From the NCBI RefSeq assembly GCF_006345805.1, contig NC_043003.1:3286001-3350000 (forward strand): a stretch of 64,000 bases of DNA, written 5' to 3'. Each line of letters begins with the position of its first letter. Position 1 is the stretch's first letter. Made by a program: the position numbers and the translations under genes. The stretch is from Octopus sinensis. Its lineage: Eukaryota. The notes beneath the pieces were generated by a model, which did not search any database, had not been told where the DNA came from, and was given only the letters and a program-made list of their open reading frames with translations. This document shows, piece after piece, positions 1-9,845 of this stretch.

Positions 1-50
1 CTTAGGATTGTGAGCCGAACACCCTAACCACTAAGCCAAGTGTCTTCACC
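1..50 (-). mobile_element. 5' head of a tRNA-derived SINE, cut by the window edge
   Basis: Reverse complement reads GTGAAGACACTTGGCTTAGTGGTTAGGGTGTTCGGCTCACAATC, with Pol III A-box TGGCTTAGTGG; similar heads at ~4675 and ~48620. Confidence 0.6.
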
Positions 51-303
51 GATTGGAAGAAGAGCCAAAGTTATCCTCAAACCAGAGATTGATGTGAATA
101 CCTGCGGCAGAGTGAACTCTGCTAAAGACACCCAAGGATCAGGTAATAGTGTTAGGAATGGATGACAGATTAGATCTAACATCCCAAAACTCAAAATCCA
201 ATAATCTGGGGCAAATTACCATTAAGTGTCTTCTCTGACAATCGAATAATCTAACTGGACTGGTTTATTTATGGTTTCCAGGATCTCTGGAGTAATGTTA
301 GGT

Positions 304-669
304 GCAGGAGTGGCTGTGTGGTAAGTACCTTGCTTACTAACCACATGATCCTGGGTTCAGTCCCACTGCGTGGCACCTTAGGCAAGTGTCTTCTACTACA
401 GCCTTGGGCTGACCAAAGCCTTGTGAGTGGATTTGGTAGATGGAAACTGAAAGAAGCCTGTCGTATGCGTGTGTGTATTAGTCCCTCCCCTGTCACTTGA
501 CAACCGAATGCTGGTGCGTTTATGTCCCTGTAACTTAGTGGTTCAGCAAAAGAAACTGATAGAATAAGTACTTGGCTTACAAAGAATAAGTCCTGGGGTC
601 AATTTTCTCGACTAAAGGTAGTGCTCCAGCATGGCCTCAGTCAAATGACTGAAACAAGTAAAAGAGTAA
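304..669 (+). mobile_element. tRNA-derived CORE-type SINE (dominant family in the window), near full length
   Basis: A-box TGGCTGTGTGG, B-box GGTTCAGTCCC, CORE-like GGCACCTTAGGCAAGTGTCTT, tail GACTGAAACAAGTAAAAGAGTAA; more than 10 related copies in the window. Confidence 0.85.
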
Positions 670-1789
670 CAGGAGGCATAACTTGGCAATCGGGGAGTCT
701 CTGCAGGTCACGCTCTGCCATTTTTTCCTGCATTGAGAGGTCACAGCTCTGGTGCCATGTGATTTGAATGTTGCCAGAAAGAATTGGTGGACGAAGTTTT
801 GAAGCTGAGCCAAGCAGAAGGAGATCTAAGGATAGACTAAGACTGGGATGGTTGGATGACATCCATAGTCTCAGTTGGTCATTGTTGGGAATCCGGCCAG
901 AAACTGGAATGGCAGTTGCTTCTGAAAGGACTGTGTGGGGGAGGTGTCTGACGACCTTCCAGGAATGGAGGGTGAATGGTTGGACGGATCATTAGAGGAG
1001 GTGTTTTCGGCCAGTGGTCAATGCTGCAATGCCACTACATCTTCATTTGGTTTGAACCCTTTGAAAGGTCGATAATTTAGAGAAAATTTAGCTGTATTGT
1101 TTTCCTCAGTCTGTTTAACCATGATTAACCAAAACTACTACTAAATGTAGTCCCCAACTGGGACCCTACTATCTTTCCCTCTTTTACCATTTCCTTGTTT
1201 TAGTCATTGGACTAGGCCATGCTGGGGCACCACTGAGACAGCTCCAGTTGTCTCAACACAAAACATTATTGTCATCCAATCAATGGACACGATTCTATCA
1301 TGTGACATTCTTCGCTCCCACATCATTTATTATTTAAGCTTATGGGGAGAATTCACAAAAAAAAAACAAAAGATGAAGACAGGTGGTGATGGAGTCTACC
1401 AGGTGACATTAGACATGCATTGACTCATTGTTGTGGATTTGCTCCTTTTGCTTTGGCACACTGTGGCACAGATGGTTCATTCTGGATTCTGGGCAACCGA
1501 GGTTTCAGTTTGCCATTTTGCACTTTGCTTTGGAATTGAAGCAAGGTTTTTCTTCGTTTGTAAATAAAGTTATTACCTGAACACAATATTATTCGTCTAA
1601 CATTATAACAACCATCTTGAAAGATTTAGCCAGATAAACCACTCTCAGTACTTAATCTATCAGTCTCCTAGTCTAGCTAGTTTGTTTTCAGAACATCCAA
1701 CACTTCTAACCAGGTTGCCAAGGTAACAGAAGCTATCAACTATTATGGCATCTTTCCAAACATTTGGAAGAATTTATTTCACTGATCAG

Positions 1790-1829
<40 letters not shown>

Positions 1830-1832
<3 letters not shown>

Positions 1833-2318
1833 AGGCGCAATGGCCCAGTGGTTAGGGCAGTGGATTTGCAGTCATAGGATCGCAGTTTCGATTCCCAGAC
1901 TGGGCACTGTGAGTGTTTATTGAGCGAAAACACCTAAAGTTCCACGAGGCTCTGGCATGGGGTGGTGGTGAACCCTGCTGTACTCTTTCACCACAACTTT
2001 CTTCCTGTTTCTGTTGTACCTGTATTTCAAAGGAGCCAGCCTTGTCACACTGTTACGCTGAATCTCCCAAGAACTATGTTAAGGGTACATGTGTCTGTGG
2101 AGTGCTCAGCCACTTGCACATTAGTGAGCTGCGACATCACAGGTGCCAAGCTGTTTCAGCCTCTTTACCTTTCCCTTGGATAACATCGGTGACGTGGAAA
2201 GGGGAGGCTGGTATGCATGGACGACTGCTGGTCTTCCATAAACAGCCTTGCTCAGACTTGTGCCTCGGAGGGAACTTTCTAGGTGCAATCTCATAGCCAT
2301 TCATGACTGAAGGGGGTC
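1830..2318 (+). mobile_element. tRNA-derived SINE, second family
   Basis: Head GGAGGCGCAATGGCCCAGTGGTTAGGGCAG...TTCGATTCCC; 5' half shared with the minus-strand copy at 48345-48620; preceded by (TG)n. Confidence 0.75.
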
Positions 2319-2344
2319 ACCACACAATATATATATACATATAC

Positions 2345-2882
2345 ACCTGCTTTTTCTTCATTGGACACTAAACTCTGCTTGTGAAGAGACCAATTGAGGC
2401 AAGTGAAATCGAAGTTGAAATCAAACTCGGTGACTGGCATCCATTGCTAGTGGAGCGCTAAGAGTACCATTACGAGTGAGATCGTTGCCAGAGCAACAAG
2501 CTGGCCTTTGTGCCGATGGCACGTTTAAGCACACCATTCGAGTGTGATCGTTATCTGCGTCACCTTAGTAACACTTGTGCTGGGTGGCATGTGAAATATT
2601 CGAGTGAGGTCGTCGCCAGTGCCACTGGACTGGCTCCTGTGTAGGTGGCACATAAAAAGCACCATTTGGGCATGGCCATTGCTAGTTCCACCATACCGGC
2701 CCTCGTGCTGGTAGCACGTAAAAAGCACCCGCTACACTCTGAGTGGTTGGCATTAGGAAGGGCATCCAGCTGTAGAAACTCTACCAGATCAGATTGGAAT
2801 TTGGTTCGCCAGACATCAGTCAAATTGTCCAATCCATGCTAGCATGGAAAGCAGACGTTAAACGATGATGATGATGATGACC
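2345..2882 (+). mobile_element. Non-autonomous RTE-tail element with internal GGCACGTAAAAAGCACC sub-repeats
   Basis: Ends GGTTGGCATTAGGAAGGGCATCCAGCTGTAGAAAC...GACGTTAAACGATGATGATG, the same tail as the RT-bearing LINE at 57660-58805. Confidence 0.8.
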
Positions 2883-3354
2883 TGTGTGTGTTTGATCTCT
2901 TTGGCTTGATACTGCATGGTAGTCGTATATGAGTGTCACTGTCATACAAGCGGTGTCATTCTTTTCAAATATCCTGTGAAAACGTGTCTGGCTATGGGAT
3001 ATTATTACCTTATTCAGAAACAGGTGAGGGTTGGCAACTAGAAGGGCAACCAGGTAGAGAAAACCTGCCTTCGGAACGTCCATGCTTCCCAAAATTTGGC
3101 AACAGTACACCTGATGTTACCCCACTTTTCTTAAACGACTCGTTCACTGTTCATGCAGTTTTGGCTGCTTTTTCTAATCAGTTGTACACCTGAGCAATGT
3201 ATAAAATAAGTTCATTATATATATATTATCATTTTGAAAGCACCGGTTCTTGTCCGATCACTCAAGTTAAGCAACATTGAGCCTAGTGAGTACTTAGATG
3301 GGTGACCACTTGAGAAATCTAGGGGCTGTAAGCGTCTCACACTTTTACATGATT

Positions 3355-3555
3355 GATGCCAGGCCTGCTTGACTGGCTCCTGTGCCAGTGGCATGAAAAA
3401 AGCACCCACTACATTCTCGGAATGGTTGGCATTAGGAAAGGCATCCAGCTGTAGAAACATTGCCAGATCAGATTGGAGCCTAGTGCAGCCTTCTGGCTTG
3501 CCAGTCCTCAGTCAAACCGTCCAACCCATGCCAGCATGGAAAGGTGGAAGTTAAA
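3355..3555 (+). mobile_element. RTE-tail element, short copy
   Basis: Same AAAAAGCACCCACTAC...GGAAAGGCATCCAGCTGTAGAAAC...CCAACCCATGCCAGCATGGAAAG tail. Confidence 0.75.
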
Positions 3556-4674
3556 ATGACATGCTTTTACTGATAATTCCTCTCTTCTTTTCAAATGCAA
3601 AAGACCTACATCAATCAACAATTTACCTGTCCCTGGAACCTACCTGCTGCTTGGCAGCTACAAAATTTTAGGATTGCCATTTTAGGATGCTGCTACAACG
3701 AAAGGTCTGGAGGGAAGCCGGAACTTAAAAACAATTTTATTCAACAAAATTTGAGTTTTGAAATAAATAATTTTAATTGCTTAAAACAAATGTCATTCAA
3801 CAAGTATTATAAGATTTTAATTTACTTCTAAATGTGAATATTTGGTCACAACTTTAAGATTTTACATAAATATTTTGTTCTTTCACCTTCGATTTACAGG
3901 TGTTTTCAGCAAATCCTCTCAGTAACATTTTTTCTTGTGTGTATCATTAGGTTTTAAAATATGGCTTTTTAATAAATATTTCTCCCAAATTTTACAGTTA
4001 TAAAGCTTTAACTCTGTATTTCCCCAGTGATTATTAATATGGCTGTGTGTCTTTGAAAAAACTATTTTAATGATATATAGATCTTCCGGTTGTGTGTATT
4101 TGTGAGGAACTCAGGCAACAATTCCCCACATTGGTGCAGTCTACATGTAATCACATTGATAAGTTTTTGTCCTTTGTTCAGTCATCTGTCGATTACAAGT
4201 TTATAATTTACAAATAAGGGTTTTCTCAATATTTTGTTGAAAAGATTTCTCTCAAATAAGAGCACATTTGTAGACTGCAAGTGTCTTGTGTAGAACCTGG
4301 TTGGCCAAAGCCTTACGAGTACATTTCATAGATAGAAACTGAAAGAAGTTCATTGTGTGTGTGTGTGTGTGTGTGTGCATGACATTGCACGATGGCTGTA
4401 AATAAGTGTCATCAATATGCAACCAATGTTATTTGGTTCCACTCCTCTCTGAAAACATGTCAAGCCAAGGGAAATATTACCTTGCTTGGGAACAAGTAAG
4501 GGTTTGTGACAGGAAGGGCGTCTAGTTGTAGAAAATCTACCTTAATGAGTCTCCTTCTGACTCATGCCAACATAGAAACGTAGATGTTAAAACGATGAAA
4601 ATGAGAATTCAAAGAAAATTATTTCCAAAAATATTTCACCATGATAAATGTTCTCCAATGTCTATGTTTGTGGA

Positions 4675-4905
4675 TGTGGATGGCTTAGTGGTTAAGGGTC
4701 TTGCGCTCACAATTGCACAATCATGGTTTCACTTCCCAAACAGGGAGCTGTGTCATGTTCTTGAATGAAACAGTCCATTTCATGTTGCTCCTCCTGTTTA
4801 CTCTGCCATAGAATAACCCAGCAAAAGTCTGGCAATCTCAGTTATTCATACGCCATGGAAACCACAGGTAATCGGCCCCTTTCAGTCGTAGAGACTCAAG
4901 ACAGT
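4675..4905 (+). mobile_element. Degenerate tRNA-derived SINE, antisense in the presumed ZNF 3' UTR
   Basis: A-box TGGCTTAGTGG at ~4681 followed by a SINE-like body related to 18955-19170. Confidence 0.55.
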
Positions 4906-4966
4906 GATGTACCAGGGTTGAAGATGATGGACATAAATCAGTTGGTTCGTGAGAGAGAAGGATTCC

Positions 4967-6808
4967 TCAAGTTTCACAGTTGAAACTCTTCCCTCCTCCA
5001 CCATGTATACGCTTATGTCTCTTCAAATAATCATTACAAACAAAAGATTTCTCACACACTTCACAGTGGAACGGTTTCTCTCCCGTATGAGTGCGGATGT
5101 GGATTACAAGATTTGCATTATTCACAAAAGATTTCCCACAGATTTCACACTGAAATGGTTTCTCTCCACTATGGATCCTTCTATGGATTGATAAAAGACC
5201 ATTGGCAATAAAAGATTTGCCGCACACTTCGCAATGGAAGGGCTTCTCTCCAGAATGTCTTATTTTGTGTGTTTTTAACAGACTGTTAGTAATAAAAGAC
5301 TTGCCACAGATTTCACAATGGAACGGTTTTTCACCTGTGTGTGTCCGTTTGTGGGTCGTTAAGTGGCCATTGGTGATAAAACACTTGCCACAGATTTCGC
5401 AGTGGAATGGTTTCTCTCCTGTATGGATTCGTTTGTGAGTTTGTAAAAGACCATTTGTGATGAAGGATTTGCCACAGATTTCGCAATGGAACGGTTTCTC
5501 TCCTGTGTGAATTACTCTGTGTGTTTTCAAAAGACCGTTGGTGATGAAAGACTTACCACAGACTTCACAGTGGAATGGTTTCTCTCCTGTATGGATTCGT
5601 TTGTGACTTGTTAAATAACTATTTGACACGAAACATTTCCCACACACATCACAACGATGTGGTTTTTCGCCTGTGTGGATTCGTCTATGGACGACAAGGT
5701 GAGAATTATCAATAAATGATTTGCCGCAGATTTCACAGTGGAATGGCTTCTCTCCCGTATGGATTCGTCTGTGTCTCTTTAAATCACAATTATTTACAAA
5801 AGATTTCCCACACACTTCACAGCAATACGGTTGTTCTCCTGTGTGACTACGAATGTGGATTCGAAGTTTGGAATTCGACACAAAAGATTCCCCACAGATT
5901 TCACAGCTGTATGGCTGTTCTCCAGTATGGCTACGGATGTGGATCGTCAGCTTAGAATTAGAGATGAAAGATTTCTCACAAATCTCACAATGATACGGTT
6001 TTTCTCCACTATGGATCCTCTTATGAACAACAAGACTAGAATTCACAGAAAAACATTTCCCACAGATATCGCAATGGAATGGATTGTCTCCCGTGTGTAT
6101 AATTCTGTGCGTTTTCAACAGACCATTCGTGATGAATGACCTCCCACAGATGTCACAGTGGAACGGTTTCTCTCCCGTGTGTCTACGTTTGTGAATAACA
6201 AGATTCGAATTCTGTGTGAAGAATTTGCCACAGATGTCGCAATGGAACCGTTTCTCGCCCGTGTGGATTCTGATGTGAGTCGTTAGTTTCGTGTTGGTGA
6301 TAAACGATTTGCCACAGATCTCGCAACGACAAGGTTTCTCTCCGCTGTGGATTTTTTTGTGACGATTCAAATCGCTATTATTAACGAAAGACTTGCCACA
6401 CACATCGCAGGAATACGGTTTCTCTCCCGAGTGAATCCTTTTGTGTATCGTCAAATTACTATTCTGAACAAAACACTTGCCACACACTTCGCAATGGAAC
6501 GGCTTCTCTCCCGTATGGATTCGTTTGTGACTTATTAAATTACAATTATAGAGAAAAGATTTCCAACAGACATCACAGTGGTAAGGTTTTTCCCTGTTGT
6601 GGATTCCTTTGTGCCTCAACACTTCGCTTTCTGAAGTGAATAGTTTCTTACAAATCTCACAGCGATATTCAGAATCGCTGCCGGGTTCAGATCTTTTAGT
6701 AAACGCTTCACCAGGTAACGGTTCCTCGCCTCTGTTTGTCCATTTCGTTGGATTTATATTAGTAAAAACAGTTGTGTCGGAGGTGTCCAAGTTTTTAACG
6801 TCCTCCAT
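4967..6808 (-). CDS. Poly-C2H2 zinc-finger protein, 613 aa, 20 tandem fingers, single coding exon, no recognisable effector domain
   Basis: Uninterrupted ORF with 20 Cx2Cx12Hx3H repeats and TGEKP-type linkers counted by eye. Confidence 0.95.
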   Translation of the reverse strand: MEDVKNLDTSDTTVFTNINPTKWTNRGEEPLPGEAFTKRSEPGSDSEYRCEICKKLFTSESEVLRHKGIHNREKPYHCDVCWKSFLYNCNLISHKRIHTGEKPFHCEVCGKCFVQNSNLTIHKRIHSGEKPYSCDVCGKSFVNNSDLNRHKKIHSGEKPCRCEICGKSFITNTKLTTHIRIHTGEKRFHCDICGKFFTQNSNLVIHKRRHTGEKPFHCDICGRSFITNGLLKTHRIIHTGDNPFHCDICGKCFSVNSSLVVHKRIHSGEKPYHCEICEKSFISNSKLTIHIRSHTGEQPYSCEICGESFVSNSKLRIHIRSHTGEQPYCCEVCGKSFVNNCDLKRHRRIHTGEKPFHCEICGKSFIDNSHLVVHRRIHTGEKPHRCDVCGKCFVSNSYLTSHKRIHTGEKPFHCEVCGKSFITNGLLKTHRVIHTGEKPFHCEICGKSFITNGLLQTHKRIHTGEKPFHCEICGKCFITNGHLTTHKRTHTGEKPFHCEICGKSFITNSLLKTHKIRHSGEKPFHCEVCGKSFIANGLLSIHRRIHSGEKPFQCEICGKSFVNNANLVIHIRTHTGEKPFHCEVCEKSFVCNDYLKRHKRIHGGGGKSFNCET

Positions 6809-6845
6809 ATAAAACCTTGAGATATTCTTAAAAGCTGAGAAATAT

Positions 6846-6954
6846 CTGTAAATATATATATATTCTATTATGTTTCAGTTTCTTGTCTTGGACACCTCGA
6901 GCAACTGTTCACAATTATGGAATAAATACAATGTAGACATACTTTTCTACTTAC
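6846..6954 (-). other. Probable 109-nt 5' UTR intron of the 20-finger ZNF
   Basis: Minus-strand donor GTG|GTAAGT (6954-6949) and acceptor TATTTACAG (6848-6846), 37 nt upstream of the ATG. Confidence 0.55.
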
Positions 6955-7989
6955 CACCACAATGTTAGTTGCCGGACGACACTTCCCCGAGTGGCACACA
7001 AGGTGTTGACAAAGACATTTCTATTTCTACATTAAGAAATGTTTGGAGATTAAGAACGGATGCTCCGTCGGCTAAAACAATAAAGATTCGATTATGAAAT
7101 GATTTGTAGCAAGTTGGAATGAATCGATCAGTTAAGACGAGAGAAAAGGTATGAGAACAGAATTACGACTGATGTTGAGGAAAGAAGGGACAGAGAGAGA
7201 GAGAGAGAGAGAGAACTGAGGGGGTGATGTGTGTATATACACATGAGTGTGTGTGTGTGTGTCTATGGATTAAGTAAACCAGGAATACATGGATAATAAA
7301 AGAATGTACAGGGTAGAGTGGAGTGCAATAGGAATCCAAATAATCGCTTTCGACGGGAAAACCAGTCGGAATGGGAAGAAGGATGAGGAAAGCTGATCGT
7401 TCTTTGGTTTTGGATTGAAACCGATTTTTGTCTTTTCCTGAAGAAAAGGGAATTCATGGAATAAGGAACCCTGCAAGACGTGGATCACGGACTCTGAAGC
7501 CTCTTTGCTCTCTGCTATCCATAAACATCAGTCCGCCTTAATATCATGATAATCCGCACCACACAGAGATTAATTAGATTAATTAAATTTGATAATACGG
7601 CGGCGGTGTCCTCTATATATTTTCCCTGCCTCAAAAACACCGGTGACATAAGTTAAAAATCCCCGATAGCTTAATGGACCGACAACATTTAATTTGCATC
7701 TCTTGTTTCTAATTTCCTACATAGTTTTTGACCTCCAGAAAATAGCAGCCAAACCCCACTCAAACCGCTTCATTAAAAAAAAAAAAACAAAAATGTGAGA
7801 GAGACAACATTTAGCAATCTAGTCCTTGACATATAAATCGAAAGAAAAAGGATCACGACGGAAATCATCTTTGGTGGTCTTGATCGGCAACAAAAGATTG
7901 TCTTGGATTAGGTTTCATTCAAAAAAATAATTATCAGCGAAAAAGAATTTGAGCTGACCATTAACGCGCGCGCGCGCGTGTATTTATGC

Positions 7990-8300
7990 ATGCACAATTT
8001 GGCAGAACTACAGATTTCTGTATTTGGATATTTTTTAAGGAAATTTTCAACGAATATCTCTTATATCATGTAGATTCCGAATAGACAAATGGGGGGGGGT
8101 GTGTTTTAGAAGGGGTAGGGGTGGGGGAATTTCGGTAAAGTCACCAGGGTCCATTTCAATTCGTCTTGACTTTCAAGAAAATGGATATTTTTTAATGAAA
8201 TCCTCTACAAATATACCTCGGACTATCCATTTTTCTGAAAGGTCTGATCATCCAAATTCGAGGGTGGGGGCAGAAATCTGTAGTTATGCCCATAATTTAA
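7990..8300. mobile_element. MITE-like non-autonomous DNA element
   Basis: Inverted termini AACTACAGATTTCTG (~8007) and CAGAAATCTGTAGTT (~8271); internal AAAATGGATATTTTTTAATGAAAT shared with 29750 and 30285. Confidence 0.5.
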
Positions 8301-8874
8301 ACAAAAATAAGCAAAGAGGAGCAACTTTTGTCTATGCATTTGAACAACATAGACAAATACAGGTCTATCAAATACCCTATAACATAAATTTTTGAAACAT
8401 CCTCAAGAGGTGAAGGTAATTTTAATGAATCATGAATTTATGTTGCACGATAATGGATTTGGATGTACGGAAATATGTAAAAGAAATGTAAAAACAACAG
8501 GATGAAGTCAACTCAGATCCAAACAAAGCAAGGAGCTTGTTTTCTATTCACGACAGAGATTGGGAAGTTCTGATATACATGCCAGTAATAACACAAATTA
8601 ACCCTCCTTGAGCAGATCTATGACCGAATGAATGCCAAACATGACCATCCTGTCTGTTTTTTTTGTTTTCTAGGAAAACGTTCTTCAAATTTTAGTGTAT
8701 CATTTCCTTTTTAAGACAGTATGGTAGGATTTGAGGGAAATTTGGCTGTTATTTGTAGCAGGTCGAGCTACAATGTAGCAGCTCTCTATTTAGTTTGGGG
8801 TTGTTTCCCCAACACGAACGACTGAGTTAATGTTTGGGAGTTGAGTTTCTTTCCCTCTTTCACATCACCGTCTC

Positions 8875-9200
8875 GACATTACCTTCACTTAAAGGGGAGG
8901 TATTGTTTTCAGTCGTGTTTGTTTGTTTGTCTGTGGACAAGATATTCCAAGAACTGCTGGGTGGATTCGGATGAAACTTTCAGGGATGTTTGGACTCGGG
9001 ACTGGCACAAACTGATTAGATTTTGGGATCAATCCAATACTGGTCAAAGATTCTGGATTATTCTTCTGGTTCTTTTACTTAATTTTTGACAGTGGTTGGA
9101 TTCATTTTAGCATTCTCGTTTGTGAGAACAGTCGAGTTCATTTCAGATATTCTCGTTTTAAAAATCATCTCTGGCTAATTGTTGCGAGGATGTTGGCATT
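8875..9200. mobile_element. Probable non-autonomous DNA transposon fragment
   Basis: TTACCTTCACTTAAAGGGGAGGTATTGTTTTC...GTTTGTTTGTTTGTCTGT...GATGAAACTTTCAGG resembles a widespread animal non-autonomous element start; superfamily not determinable by eye. Confidence 0.4.
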
Positions 9201-9845
9201 GTTAGTTAGTTAGTTAATTTTTTTTGGCTCAAAAAGCAAAAAGCAAGGTCATGTAGGGGGACATGGAGTTATGTACAGGGTGGTGTTCATGTAAAGAGTT
9301 CAGGCCATTTCTGGTCAAGAGAGACTTTGAACAATGCAGTCATCGGCATCTTCACTATCTCGTCTGGCAGTTAGTGTTTTATTTGGTTAGTGAGTTGGAA
9401 GTGTATATGCTCCTTGTGAGTACCATTTTTAACTGTTAATTATTGAATTGCTGGATTGTTGTTACCTGTTGAACTTGTTACCGTTTTTTAAATTTTCTTC
9501 CTCATTTATGGGTGAAGTCATGAATACTGTGGAAAGTACACCTGTGCAAGCAGGCAGTTATGCTGTGGTGAGTGGCAAAAGCCTGTCAGCAGAGGGACTG
9601 CAAGTTACAGAAATTAAATCAGAGAAGAAAAACTTCATAAAATACAATAATTTAAGAAAGGAGGGAGGTAGTCTAAGGTTGAAGCCCCCCAAAGAAGTAA
9701 CAGAAAGAACGGAAAAAGTAACAATTGTGTACAGAACATTGAAAATTGCAGCGAAAAGGATGGAAATAGCAGTGGTGGGGGCAGTGGAGGAGTGCCTCAG
9801 AGAAATTAAGAACCTAGTGACGTACAACACCAGAGGAAGGAAATA

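Noticed and set aside
3595-3831. 78-aa ORF with LQNFRIAILGCC, faintly like the C-terminus of restriction-endonuclease-type LINEs
   Set aside because: Too short and diverged to support by eye.
4949-6812. Plus-strand ORFs overlapping the ZNF genes (also 23429-24680)
   Set aside because: Antisense shadows of repetitive finger codons.
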